64,000 bases of DNA from an uncultured Mucilaginibacter sp. (GCA_964242385.1 CAXSZR010000001.1:1315214-1379213); one strand, 5' to 3'. Shown: positions 9,601 through 18,502, counted from the stretch's first letter. The notes: generated from the sequence alone by a model not told the origin. Made by a program: numbers and translations.

Positions 9601-10122
9601 GTCTTTTCTTTTGGTAAGCAGGTTATTTTCTTCGCTTCTTATATGATCTACCAGCATCCTGATATCATCCATATTATGCTTGCCATTAAGCAGCATATTA
9701 TGCTGTATCATATAATCCAAACCAAGTGTTGGGCGCTGGGTTATGTTTTCTTTCATAATATCCAGCTGAGCCACGGTAAGGCCGTTAAGCGAGTCTATCC
9801 TTCTCTCCTGAATGGGGTTATCAACTGTAAGGCTTTTTAAAACGGCTATATCAGTATGGATGCTTGGAAGTGCAGCTTTGTATGGGTCCAAGAAAACTTC
9901 ATGATTGGAAGCAACAAAACCGCGCATACCGGTTTCGGCATCGATCATCAGTTGTAACAAATTGCCCGAAGTTTTAATTATCTTTTGCGTATGCTCAACC
10001 ATAGCGGTGTCGCTTTCCAGTTGATTAATGCTTTTGTAAGATAAAATTGCTACAACAAATACCAGGATGACTGATATGGCAAAGCCGGCGAACACTTGCT
10101 GACGAAAAGAAAGTTTAAACAT
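6670..10122 (-). CDS. CHASE3-GAF-coiled coil-HisKA-HATPase hybrid kinase with three receiver domains
   Basis: Two TM helices flank CHASE3 (DAETGMRGF). Then GAF, a Q/E-rich coiled coil, ANMSHELRTP and three REC domains. Confidence 0.92.
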   Translation of the reverse strand: MFKLSFRQQVFAGFAISVILVFVVAILSYKSINQLESDTAMVEHTQKIIKTSGNLLQLMIDAETGMRGFVASNHEVFLDPYKAALPSIHTDIAVLKSLTVDNPIQERRIDSLNGLTVAQLDIMKENITQRPTLGLDYMIQHNMLLNGKHNMDDIRMLVDHIRSEENNLLTKRKDSTQAASSRALDTIIIGSIVFLIIIIVLFFYIQATFDQQKKIENEIKVTNGELEKVLEENRAKNWLLTGSGLINDKMQGQQSERELSGNILSELCAYTRALAGTMYLYDENSENLSLYASYAFSNPNDIKHTLKLAEGWVGQVAKDEKSAVVKGKLNDRLELSSSVISQTLTETFIVPFFFDKKLKGVIEVAFNNEVHPAVKEYIQSISDDIGIAINTAQARTIMHELLSQVQQQAEELEAQQEEMRVTNEELMSKTEMLQASEEELRVQQEELRTTNAELEEKASLLEEKNQAIEEARNAISLKANELETTGKYKSEFLANMSHELRTPLNSILVLARILKDNKQANLSEDQIKYASVIFNAGNDLLTLINDILDLSKIESGKLELQNDVVKVSDILHDMEMLFAEVARGKKIQYSVKTSPQLPKTIITDKVRVEQIIKNLLSNAFKFTPEGGSVEIDATPGAVEKTISFSIKDSGIGIPADKQKIIFEAFQQADGSTSRRYGGTGLGLSISRELVSLLGGRITVTSEPGNGSEFVLTIPIEALVSSHTQEEESPALPTPETFTPIKEFLKPASQVAKKSNREQPLVIIVEDDKNFADILHDYSRDHGYKSIIVPEGTNAAEIIKENQPDAVILDIMLPGKDGWKILKELKQDEATIHIPVHLMSAGEAAANRVKKEGAISFLKKPVDPLALDKLFADIMLQSGTEFKKVLLIEDNKTQSEAIHKLMQSQGITVDQAFDGESAFRMLNETDYQCVILDLFLPDISGLDLLDKIKGIEKFKSLPVIINTAMELDKSSVNRLMQYANAMVIKTNKSADRLIDEVNLFLNKVRETSADKTAEPTSPKSNSKGKDVIKGKKVLIVDDDMRNIFALSSALQDYEMIVEIANDGKEAIDKLEVTPDIDIVLMDIMMPVMDGYEATKFIRRQNKWAKLPVIALTAKAMMDDREKCIAAGANDYITKPVDMDRLVSLMQLWLGS

Positions 10123-10225
10123 TTAGATAGAAAATTAAAGCCTGCACAAATATGTTAAAAATTCTTTTTAATGTACATATTTGATTAGCAGGTAATTGTT
10201 TTAATTAGCAAACAAAATTGAAGAT

Positions 10226-10642
10226 TTATTGGCCTGCTTTTATAAGGTTCTTTTCTTTAGTGGTAAGCACACCTATAAGTGCAAGCACGGGGCCACCAAA
10301 TAAAAGGTACCAACCCCATTTAAATCTGATTTTACCGGAAAGGTATGCCGCTACAGAGCGGAATGGTATAAAATTGAAAGAGGTATGTACTTTAAGCACA
10401 GCTGCAATGTAAAATAGTATTACCAGGAAAAGCGAAACTGCGGCGGTAATTTTTGTAAGCTGCCGCTGATCCATCACCGTACCCAGAATGCCTATTACAG
10501 CTACCAGCAAAATTACTATACCGTAGGGTTTGTTACCATCATAAACATCCCAGTTACCAACAAAGGGATGTAATACCGGGCAGTAAGTGCCCGCAATAAG
10601 AATTATAAAACCGGCAAACGAAAGCAGGGCATTAAGGCGCAT
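10226..10642 (-). CDS. Hypothetical membrane protein
   Basis: 138-aa ORF with about four TM segments, coupled to gldC. Confidence 0.65.
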   Translation of the reverse strand: MRLNALLSFAGFIILIAGTYCPVLHPFVGNWDVYDGNKPYGIVILLVAVIGILGTVMDQRQLTKITAAVSLFLVILFYIAAVLKVHTSFNFIPFRSVAAYLSGKIRFKWGWYLLFGGPVLALIGVLTTKEKNLIKAGQ

Positions 10643-10643
10643 A

Positions 10644-10976
10644 TTATTTTTGGCTTATTTCCATTTTATCGGCAAAGTGGGCACAGTAGTCCCTCAGGTC
10701 TTCAACAATATTTTTTTCGCCGGTTGCGCGTAAAAAGCTGTCGCCCATAGTTTGCAGGGTTTCGTAGAAAAAGCGTTTCATTTCATCAACAGGCATATCC
10801 TTAGTCCAGAGGTCAATACGCAGGGTATTTTTATAGCTTTGATCCCAAAGGGCCAGCATCATTGATTTTACCGGCAGCTTTTCCTGGTTCTGAGCATCAG
10901 TTGATTCCCATGTAATGTTTTCGGGTACGTTATTATCATCCAGTTCAATGGTAAGCTTTATTTCGGCGGTTTTCAT
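10644..10976 (-). CDS. gldC: Gliding motility protein GldC
   Basis: KTAEIKLTIELDDNNVPE...LRIDLWTKDMPVDEMKRFFY signature. Start moved to ATG 10976. Confidence 0.88.
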   Translation of the reverse strand: MKTAEIKLTIELDDNNVPENITWESTDAQNQEKLPVKSMMLALWDQSYKNTLRIDLWTKDMPVDEMKRFFYETLQTMGDSFLRATGEKNIVEDLRDYCAHFADKMEISQK

Positions 10977-11018
10977 TAATGTTCTTGTTTTATATGCGCA
11001 TTGCATTAACAGCGCGTT

Positions 11019-11288
11019 TTATTTGATCAGTAAAAATATTATAGCCGTCAAAGTTATAAAGCTTAGCTCTACAATCCATAAATTTTTAAGCTGGCGGAAG
11101 AAATTGCGAAGCATTAGGTCCAGAAATGACACTACAACTGCAAACAACAGGAAGATCCACCCGATGGTTGCTCCCATGTGGTTAAAGGCGTAGCCCGATA
11201 TTTTGATTCCGTAAATAAAGCTGTAAACCGCCACCATCAGGAAAAAAGCAGTAGCAAAATTTAATGGCGTTATCCTGAGTTTTAACAT
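11019..11288 (-). CDS. Hypothetical small membrane protein
   Basis: 89 aa, three hydrophobic helices, co-oriented with neighbours. Confidence 0.6.
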   Translation of the reverse strand: MLKLRITPLNFATAFFLMVAVYSFIYGIKISGYAFNHMGATIGWIFLLFAVVVSFLDLMLRNFFRQLKNLWIVELSFITLTAIIFLLIK

Positions 11289-11374
11289 CTGATCTTATTG
11301 AATTGCCCCTTATATACCATTTGCTTAACACACAACCGGTATTTGGGCAGGCAAATATCTGAAATTGAAGCGTA

Positions 11375-11722
11375 TTATTTTATCAATTGCCCAACAAACA
11401 TCAGTGTTTTTGTATGCGGGACAATCACGTGAAACTCTCGCATGCCGTATTCTCTGTCAAACGGCGGCCTTACTTTAACATTTTCCAACTTGTCTTTTGC
11501 AGAATCCCATAAGCCGTCAATATCATTTACCTCCAGGTAAAACTCCATTTCGCCTATATCCCCGGCATTGAGTAAGTGTATGGTTTGCTGGTTTTTATAG
11601 ATGATCACATAATTGCCATCATCGCGCGCTATTTCAAAATTGAAAACTTCTGTAAAAAATTTCAACGTTTCCCTTATGTTATACGAGGGAATCATCGGGC
11701 TTAAATACAATGCGTTATACAT
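11375..11722 (-). CDS. VOC/glyoxalase family protein
   Basis: FFTEVFNF, FYLEVNDID, REYGMREF pattern. Confidence 0.8.
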   Translation of the reverse strand: MYNALYLSPMIPSYNIRETLKFFTEVFNFEIARDDGNYVIIYKNQQTIHLLNAGDIGEMEFYLEVNDIDGLWDSAKDKLENVKVRPPFDREYGMREFHVIVPHTKTLMFVGQLIK

Positions 11723-11764
11723 GGTGAATGCTATTTCCTAATAAAGATAATAGTTTACCTGCCG

Positions 11765-12523
11765 CTATATAACGTTGTTAGCCAGTTCAATTAATTTTTT
11801 AACACGTTCGGCGCCTGTTACATCTATACTGTACTCATTGCCAAAGTCACCGCCCATCAATATGCGTTCGTTCTTGTACTGCATTTTGCTTTCCACTTTT
11901 ACACGGGCAGATGAATGCACTTCTTGCACCTTAGTAAAATGCACCAGGTCTGTGACGTTGGTTTCGCTTATGCCGCTACCGGGCATAATGCTGATGCGCC
12001 CCGCTGCTTTTTCAACAAGGTGCGCAATCACATTTACGCCTTCCATAGCGGTACTTTTGCCACCGGATGTTAAAATACGTTCGCAACCAATTTCAATTAC
12101 ATCTTCCAGGGCCTGGTATAGGTCATTGCTCATATCAAACGCACGGTGAAAGGTTACTCCTACACCCCATTGTTTAGCCATATTAACCAGCTGCGAACAG
12201 CGCTCTTTATCAACCGAACCATCCGGGTTAAGCATTCCGATCACAATACCATCACAGCCGGCTTCAATGCAATAACGAACATCTGCCTGCATTATCTTAA
12301 ATTCGGTATCGGTGTAAAGGAAATCACCGCCGCGGGGCCTTATCAACACATAAAGTTTGATGTGCAGCAGCTTGCGCGCCATTAAAATTTCGCCATGCGA
12401 CGGAGTAGTGCCGCCTTCAAATAAATTTTCACAAAGTTCAACCCGGTGAGCACCGCCATCCTGCGCGGCTATAGCCGATACGAGGGAATTAGCGCAAACT
12501 TCGAGCTGTACAGGTTGATTCAT
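11765..12523 (-). CDS. cutC: CutC family protein
   Basis: LEVC, GAHRVELC, GGTTPS, LIRPRGGDFLY, TFHRAFD, RILTSGG. Confidence 0.93.
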   Translation of the reverse strand: MNQPVQLEVCANSLVSAIAAQDGGAHRVELCENLFEGGTTPSHGEILMARKLLHIKLYVLIRPRGGDFLYTDTEFKIMQADVRYCIEAGCDGIVIGMLNPDGSVDKERCSQLVNMAKQWGVGVTFHRAFDMSNDLYQALEDVIEIGCERILTSGGKSTAMEGVNVIAHLVEKAAGRISIMPGSGISETNVTDLVHFTKVQEVHSSARVKVESKMQYKNERILMGGDFGNEYSIDVTGAERVKKLIELANNVI

Positions 12524-12666
12524 AGGGGTAAAATGTTTTTTTCATGGGTGATGATCGATGCCTTTCTTTACAACTTAAACGAATAAATTTTATTGAAGTT
12601 ATATCTTTTGCCTTAAAAATGACATAAATCTTCTTCAGAAATAATTTATTGTCAATAAATGCTTTA

Positions 12667-13674
12667 TCAATAAAAACTTTTCCCTTGTATCAGCAGATCC
12701 TGCTTTTCTGCATTGCAAACCGCAAACGAGAAGCCCTGCTGAATAGCAAAAGCGCCATATTCACCTTTTTTGTTGATGGCCAAAAAACCTACCTGTATGT
12801 TCTTAGCCGTATCCGGTTTCTTTTTGATAATGCGTTTTACAGCTTCTTTGCAGGCATCCTCAGGGGCGTACCCTTGACGCATCAGCTCAACTACTAAAAA
12901 GCTGCCCACGTTTCGGATCACTTCTTCACCAACACCGGTGGAGGTTGCACCGCCCACCTCGTTATCAACATATAAACCGGCGCCTATAATAGGGCTGTCG
13001 CCTACGCGGCCATGCATTTTAAAAGCCATGCCGCTGGTTGTGCATGCGCCTGAAATATTACCTTTTGCATCTATAGCCAGCATACCAATGGTATCGTGGT
13101 TGTACTGGTTACCCGGCACATGCTGCTTGCTTTCAATATTCATCACAGGCGAATATTTGGCAGTTTTCAGCCATTTTTTCCACGCTTCTTCAGATTCGGG
13201 GGTTAACAATTTTTCTTTCTTAAAACCTTGTTCAACCGCAAACTGGGTTGCGCCTTCACCAACAAGCATTACGTGCGGCGTTTTTTCCATTACTAGGCGT
13301 GCTACCGAAATTGGGTGCGCAATATTTTCCATCGCAGCTACAGAACCGCAGTTACCAAACTCGTCCATAATACAGGCATCAAGGGTAACGTGCCCATCGC
13401 GATCAGGGTAACCAGATCTGCCTACGGTATGGTTACTCATATCTGCCTCCGGAACCTTTACACCTGCTTCTACTGCGTCAAGTGCACGGCCATTATTTTT
13501 CAAAACTTCCCAGGCAGCCTGGTTGGCCGGAACGCCGAAGCCCCAGGTAGAAATCACGATAGGATAACCTGCAGCAGGTTTAATAAAAGACGATTTTGCA
13601 ATTGCTGACGTAGACAGGGCGGCAAGAGAAGCGCCCGCAGCTGATACTTTGATAAACTTACGGCGATTATACAT
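12667..13674 (-). CDS. N(4)-(beta-N-acetylglucosaminyl)-L-asparaginase (Ntn hydrolase), Tat-exported
   Basis: NRRKFIK Tat signal, HDTIGM autocleavage site, GRVGDSPIIGAG, TGVGE. Confidence 0.9.
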   Translation of the reverse strand: MYNRRKFIKVSAAGASLAALSTSAIAKSSFIKPAAGYPIVISTWGFGVPANQAAWEVLKNNGRALDAVEAGVKVPEADMSNHTVGRSGYPDRDGHVTLDACIMDEFGNCGSVAAMENIAHPISVARLVMEKTPHVMLVGEGATQFAVEQGFKKEKLLTPESEEAWKKWLKTAKYSPVMNIESKQHVPGNQYNHDTIGMLAIDAKGNISGACTTSGMAFKMHGRVGDSPIIGAGLYVDNEVGGATSTGVGEEVIRNVGSFLVVELMRQGYAPEDACKEAVKRIIKKKPDTAKNIQVGFLAINKKGEYGAFAIQQGFSFAVCNAEKQDLLIQGKSFY

Positions 13675-13762
13675 GTCGCTAAGATAAAAATAGGCGTTAA
13701 CAAAACAAGGGCATGTGCCTTTATTGATACAACATATTTAAAATTACTGGTTGTAAATATTG

Positions 13763-14182
13763 TTAATCAAAATCCTGCTGGCAATTATTGCAATGCCAGC
13801 TTTTTTGAGAATTAAAAGGATTTGCCCAATTGATGGCCGAATCGAGCATGCCTTCTTCTTCGGCAGAGATGTTGATCACATTGCCGGATGCACAAAACGG
13901 GCAGATCACATTGGTATTAGTATCGGCATCAAACCAGTGATGATCCTGCTGATGCAAATCTTCTTCATCGGCCAGTATGCGGCGGCATTTTTCAAGGTCG
14001 CGCTCAAAGATCTTTACTTTTACACCGCCTACTGCCTGGTTATATAAAGGATTGGCACCAATGGTGTTTTCATCCGCGACAAAGCAGGGCACCCCGTTCG
14101 CTTCCAGTCGTGAGCGTACAATATGTGCCAGCATGGGATCATAATAGGCTTCGAAAGTGATTATTTTATCGTCGGATTTCAT
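13763..14182 (-). CDS. DUF2007-like signal-transducing protein with C-terminal Zn ribbon
   Basis: LAHIVRSRLEANGVPCFVADE, CPFC...CNNC. Confidence 0.75.
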   Translation of the reverse strand: MKSDDKIITFEAYYDPMLAHIVRSRLEANGVPCFVADENTIGANPLYNQAVGGVKVKIFERDLEKCRRILADEEDLHQQDHHWFDADTNTNVICPFCASGNVINISAEEEGMLDSAINWANPFNSQKSWHCNNCQQDFD

Positions 14183-14240
14183 TTAAAGCAAAATAAGAAA
14201 AATATCATAAAGACAACCGTTTTTACGTATTTTGGTTTTT

Positions 14241-15206
14241 ATGAACCGCATAGACAGGGTATCAGCCATATTAATTCAATTACAGTCGCGCCGGGTGGTT
14301 AAGGCCAGTGAAATTGCAGCTCGGTTTGAAATAAGCCTGCGCACCGTTTACCGGGACGTTAAAACACTGGAAGAGGCCGGCATCCCGATCATTGGCGAAG
14401 CAGGCCTGGGTTATTCCATTATGGATGGTTACCGCCTGCCCCCCGTTATGTTCACCCGCGAGGAAGCAACTGCCTTTTTAACGGCCGAAAAGATTGTAGA
14501 GAAACTTACAGACTCATCAACCATGGCGCACCATAAATCGGCTATGTTTAAGATAAGGGCCGTACTAAAAACAACAGAGAAAGATCTGTTAGAGAATATA
14601 GATGATAAAATTGAGGTTTTTAAAACTGTACACCAGTTAAGGGCTGATAATAAAGATCATATACAAACCCTGTTAGATGCCATTGCGCAAAAGAAGGTGA
14701 TTGGCTTAGATTATTTTTCAAATCACCGGCAGGAACGTACCCTAAGGGATGTAGAGCCGGTAGGGATTTTTATGAAAGACAATTTCTGGCACCTGATAGC
14801 CTACTGCCTGGTACGCAATGATTACCGCGACTTTAGGGTAGACAGGATTAACACCATCGCTACTACAGAAAAAAAATTCACCAGTAAACACCCATCGCTG
14901 AAAGCTTACATAGATCAAACCGCGCGCGAGCAGCAGCTTGAACAGGTTATCATACTGGTGCAAAGCTTGTTTTACCAGCACCTTGATTATCAAAAATATT
15001 ACAGCGGCTTTGTATCTGAAAGAAAGATTGGCGATCAGGTAGAAGCTACTTTTTTAACCACATCGTTAGAGGGTTTTGCCCGATGGTTTATGATGTTTGG
15101 CGATGCGGCAGAAGTTGTAAGCCCCGATAGCCTGCGCGAACGTGTAGGGACTATTGCTGCAAATATTATGGTTAAAAATGCGCAGCCCCAAACGCTGCTG
15201 ACATAG
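14241..15206 (+). CDS. YafY-family HTH-WYL transcriptional regulator
   Basis: MNRIDR...EISLRTVYRD HTH, GEAGLGY, WHLIAYC...RDFRVDRI WYL domain, C-terminal WCX region. Confidence 0.92.
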   Translation: MNRIDRVSAILIQLQSRRVVKASEIAARFEISLRTVYRDVKTLEEAGIPIIGEAGLGYSIMDGYRLPPVMFTREEATAFLTAEKIVEKLTDSSTMAHHKSAMFKIRAVLKTTEKDLLENIDDKIEVFKTVHQLRADNKDHIQTLLDAIAQKKVIGLDYFSNHRQERTLRDVEPVGIFMKDNFWHLIAYCLVRNDYRDFRVDRINTIATTEKKFTSKHPSLKAYIDQTAREQQLEQVIILVQSLFYQHLDYQKYYSGFVSERKIGDQVEATFLTTSLEGFARWFMMFGDAAEVVSPDSLRERVGTIAANIMVKNAQPQTLLT

Positions 15207-15214
15207 GGCTGTCA
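15199..15214. promoter_or_regulatory. Candidate WYL-regulator operator
   Basis: TGACA-TAGGGC-TGTCA perfect inverted repeat overlapping the regulator stop codon, upstream of the SRPBCC gene. Confidence 0.6.
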
Positions 15215-15268
15215 TTATCCCTTATTTAATTTGTTAAGCAGTATTGCAATCACAACAAACAATTAATT

Positions 15269-15703
15269 ATGAGTACCCTTACATCAAAAACCACCGTTAC
15301 CTTCCAGGCACCGATAACAAGCGTTTGGAACGGCCTTACCGACCCGGCAATTGTAAAACAATATTTTTTTGGAACAGATTTAAAATCCGAATGGCAGGTG
15401 GGCGGGCGTATTACCTTTAGCGGCGAATGGCAAGGAATGAAATATGAAGACGGGGGTGTTATATTGGCTATTGATGCGCCTAAACTATTAAAGTACAGCT
15501 ATTGGAGCAGCATGTCTGGCACGGAAAATATCCCCGAAAATTATAATGACATTACTTACGAACTAAGAGAAACGGACGGCATAACTACTTTGCTGATAAC
15601 CCAGGAAGGCGTAAAATCGCAGGAGGCGGCCGAGCATTCTGAACAGAACTGGACTGCGGTATTTGACGGGTTGAAAGCTATTTTGAAGGAACAAACACGA
15701 TAA
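15269..15703 (+). CDS. SRPBCC (AHSA1/START-like) domain protein
   Basis: VWNGLTDPAIVKQYFFGT, WQVGG, PKLLKYSYWS, NWTAVFDGLK. Confidence 0.85.
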   Translation: MSTLTSKTTVTFQAPITSVWNGLTDPAIVKQYFFGTDLKSEWQVGGRITFSGEWQGMKYEDGGVILAIDAPKLLKYSYWSSMSGTENIPENYNDITYELRETDGITTLLITQEGVKSQEAAEHSEQNWTAVFDGLKAILKEQTR

Positions 15704-15795
15704 CAATGCTGTTAATTTCCTTCATAATCAAATAAAGTCCTCGAATTACATTAGGATTTCTATTTTTATTGATTGAACAATAGAAAACTTAATAG

Positions 15796-16209
15796 ATGAA
15801 TGCAAAAAAACTTACCGAATTAATCCCATGCATAATTTTTATTTTATCAGGGATTCTAACGTTGATTAAAATTCCTCATTCAAGTTATGTGGTTTTTCTA
15901 TCAGGGCTCTTACTGATGATTATTTATTTGTTTCTTTCCGTCTGGCTTTTTAGCGAAGAGACTATTTCAATTTTCAACCGCATTACAATTGGAATTGCAC
16001 TTTGCTTAACAATTCTTGGATTGATTTTTTCCATTAATAACTTTTATGGCAATTTAGTATTTATTGTTGTGTCATATATGGCCTTAGGAACACTTATTTT
16101 GAATTGTCTTTATAAGATCAAAAGGAAATCCTATAAAAAAATACTGGTAAGGGGTTTATTGTATTTAGTGTTGCTAACAGTTGTTTACTTTGTGAGATAC
16201 CCATTATAA
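15796..16209 (+). CDS. Hypothetical membrane protein (AT-rich)
   Basis: 137-aa hydrophobic ORF filling the intergenic gap; no recognised motif. Confidence 0.55.
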   Translation: MNAKKLTELIPCIIFILSGILTLIKIPHSSYVVFLSGLLLMIIYLFLSVWLFSEETISIFNRITIGIALCLTILGLIFSINNFYGNLVFIVVSYMALGTLILNCLYKIKRKSYKKILVRGLLYLVLLTVVYFVRYPL

Positions 16210-16235
16210 TTATAACGAACTTTAATAACAACCCC

Positions 16236-17573
16236 TTATCCCCTGTCAAAGCTTAACCTTTGCCCGTTCTTACCTTCAACCAGGCTGCCTTTTTCCCATA
16301 CAACATTGCCGGACACCAAAGTGTACAAAACACTGGATTGAAAGGTGGCACCTTCAAAAGGGCTCCACTTACATTTGTATAATATATTGTCTTTCGTTAC
16401 TTCCCATGGCTTATTCAGGTCAACCAGTACCAGGTCGGCAAAATATCCTTCGCGGATAAAGCCGCGTTTTTCAACCTGGAAACAGATGGCAACGTTGTGC
16501 GCCATTTTTTCGGCAATCTGCTCAAGGCTTATTTTTCCCTGGTGGTATAATTGCAGCATAGCGGTTAGGGCATGTTGCACCAGCGGACCGCCGGATGGCG
16601 CCTGCAAATAGTTTTGCGATTTTTCTTCGAGGGTATGCGGGGCATGATCGGTAGCTATCACATCAATATGGCCATCTAAAACGGCTTGTAATACAGCGTC
16701 CCTGTCGTGCTCTGTCTTAACTGCCGGGTTCCATTTAATAAAGTTGCCCTTTATGTCATAATCCTTATCTGTAAACCAAAGATGATGGATACAGGCCTCG
16801 GCGGTTATTTTTTTATCTTTTAAGGGGATGGTATTATCAAACAGGCTGGTTTCACGGGCAGTTGAAATATGCAGAATATGTAAGCGGGTGCCATGTTTTT
16901 TTGCAAGCTTCACCGCCATTGATGATGACAGGTAACAGGCTTCGGCACTCCGGATCTTAGGGTGCAGCCTAACCGGTATATTTTCGCCTAATAATTGTTT
17001 ATAATGTTCCAGGTTGCTTTTTATGGTAGCCTCATCTTCGCAATGCGTAGCAATCAGCATGGGCGATTGTGCGAAAAGATTTTCGAGCGTGCCTGGGTTA
17101 TCAACCAGCATATTACCGGTAGATGACCCCATAAACACTTTTATCCCGCATACATTGCTTGTACCAGTTTTTAATACCTCGTCCAGGTTATCATTAGAGG
17201 CTCCCATAAAGAACGAGTAATTAGCCAATGATGATTGCGAAGCAATATCATATTTATCCTGCAACAGCTGTTGGGTTAGCGTATTAGGCACTGTGTTAGG
17301 CATCTCCATAAAAGAAGTAATGCCCCCGGCAACCGCCGCACGCGATTCGGTATAAATATTAGCCTTATGAGTAAGCCCTGGTTCACGAAAATGCACCTGG
17401 TCGTCAATACAGCCCGGGAAAAGATGTAATCCTTCCGCGTTAATTTCTCTATCGGCAGGATAATCTATCTGCTGCGCAATCTTTTCAATTGAGCCGTCTT
17501 TAACCAGCACGTCTGCAATAAATTGTTTGTTTTCGTTTACAACGGTGGCTGCTTTGATAAGTATGGTACTCAT
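16236..17573 (-). CDS. pyrC: Dihydroorotase
   Basis: DDQVHFREPG, EMPNT, KVFMGSSTG, HILHIST, ATDHAPH. Confidence 0.93.
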   Translation of the reverse strand: MSTILIKAATVVNENKQFIADVLVKDGSIEKIAQQIDYPADREINAEGLHLFPGCIDDQVHFREPGLTHKANIYTESRAAVAGGITSFMEMPNTVPNTLTQQLLQDKYDIASQSSLANYSFFMGASNDNLDEVLKTGTSNVCGIKVFMGSSTGNMLVDNPGTLENLFAQSPMLIATHCEDEATIKSNLEHYKQLLGENIPVRLHPKIRSAEACYLSSSMAVKLAKKHGTRLHILHISTARETSLFDNTIPLKDKKITAEACIHHLWFTDKDYDIKGNFIKWNPAVKTEHDRDAVLQAVLDGHIDVIATDHAPHTLEEKSQNYLQAPSGGPLVQHALTAMLQLYHQGKISLEQIAEKMAHNVAICFQVEKRGFIREGYFADLVLVDLNKPWEVTKDNILYKCKWSPFEGATFQSSVLYTLVSGNVVWEKGSLVEGKNGQRLSFDRG

Positions 17574-17656
17574 AACAGCAAAGATAAAGGTTTAAAATGT
17601 TGCGCCTAATGTTTAGTGGCTTTTAAGAGAAAGATGCGGCTAAAAAAGGTTAAAAC

Positions 17657-17686
17657 AAAGAAACCGCCTTTGGAGCGGTTTCTTTT
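17657..17686 (-). terminator. Intrinsic terminator after the His-rich gene
   Basis: Stem AAAGAAACCGC/GCGGTTTCTTT. Confidence 0.7.
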
Positions 17687-17707
17687 GTCAAAATTACAAC
17701 AATGTAA

Positions 17708-17914
17708 TTATTCGCCTTTTTCTGAATGCTTTTTTGATGCTTCTTTAGCGTGCTCACCAGCTTTTGAGTGGTGACCGTGTGCTGCATGTGCATGTGTTGC
17801 TGCTTTGTCGTCGTTGCCTTCGGTGTGTGCAGTGTGCGCAGCGCGATGATGTTTAGCGGCCGATTCATGATGCTTTGCAGCTTCTTCGTGATGACTGTGC
17901 TTTGTAGTTGCCAT
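17708..17914 (-). CDS. Small His/Ala-rich helical protein
   Basis: 68 aa with 16 His and HHxxAAK heptads. A-rich pre-ATG context and a downstream terminator. Confidence 0.8.
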   Translation of the reverse strand: MATTKHSHHEEAAKHHESAAKHHRAAHTAHTEGNDDKAATHAHAAHGHHSKAGEHAKEASKKHSEKGE

Positions 17915-18192
17915 GATTATTTTAATTTAAGTTTATAATATAGAGACAGACATCAGGAGAAATAGTTTTAACTAATAATATAATTATTAAAAATGTAGGC
18001 TAATTATTCTCTATCATCTTAATTTACAGTTTGATAAAATCGAAAATAAAAATTGATTAGGCATTGAAATAAGTAGGTACTTATCTTATATGTTTTCGGC
18101 AAAAACTTTATATAAAAATTTAAGAATTGGCAGCTAGTTAATATATTTAGGACACCTAAAAAGTCGCTATCTTCACCTTTAAAATTACAAAA

Positions 18193-18447
18193 ATGGATTC
18201 AGGATTTTTATACTTAGCTATGGTTTGCATTGGATATCTTATTATCTTTTTGATATGTATATTCATTACAAGAGCAATATTTAGTATACCTGAATTTTTG
18301 AGGTATCAAAGAGCTCAAACTCGATTACTAATTGAAATCGCAAAAAAAATGGACGTTGATGATTCAAGATTGTCTGGAATTATCACAGAGGTGAAGAACC
18401 TGCCAAGGTCTGAGCCTTCAAAAATCAAAAAGGAAAATTATAAATAA
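18193..18447 (+). CDS. Hypothetical single-TM protein (AT-rich)
   Basis: 84 aa; N-terminal TM followed by an amphipathic helix. Confidence 0.6.
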   Translation: MDSGFLYLAMVCIGYLIIFLICIFITRAIFSIPEFLRYQRAQTRLLIEIAKKMDVDDSRLSGIITEVKNLPRSEPSKIKKENYK

Positions 18448-18502
18448 AACTTAGCCATTCTTCCCAACCTGCCGCCAAAAAAGAAAACCTTATCTTTGCA
18501 CC

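Noticed and set aside
17650-17868. Alternative-frame ORF overlapping the His-rich gene
   Set aside because: It runs through the terminator and has no coherent composition; the His-rich frame has the start context and periodicity.
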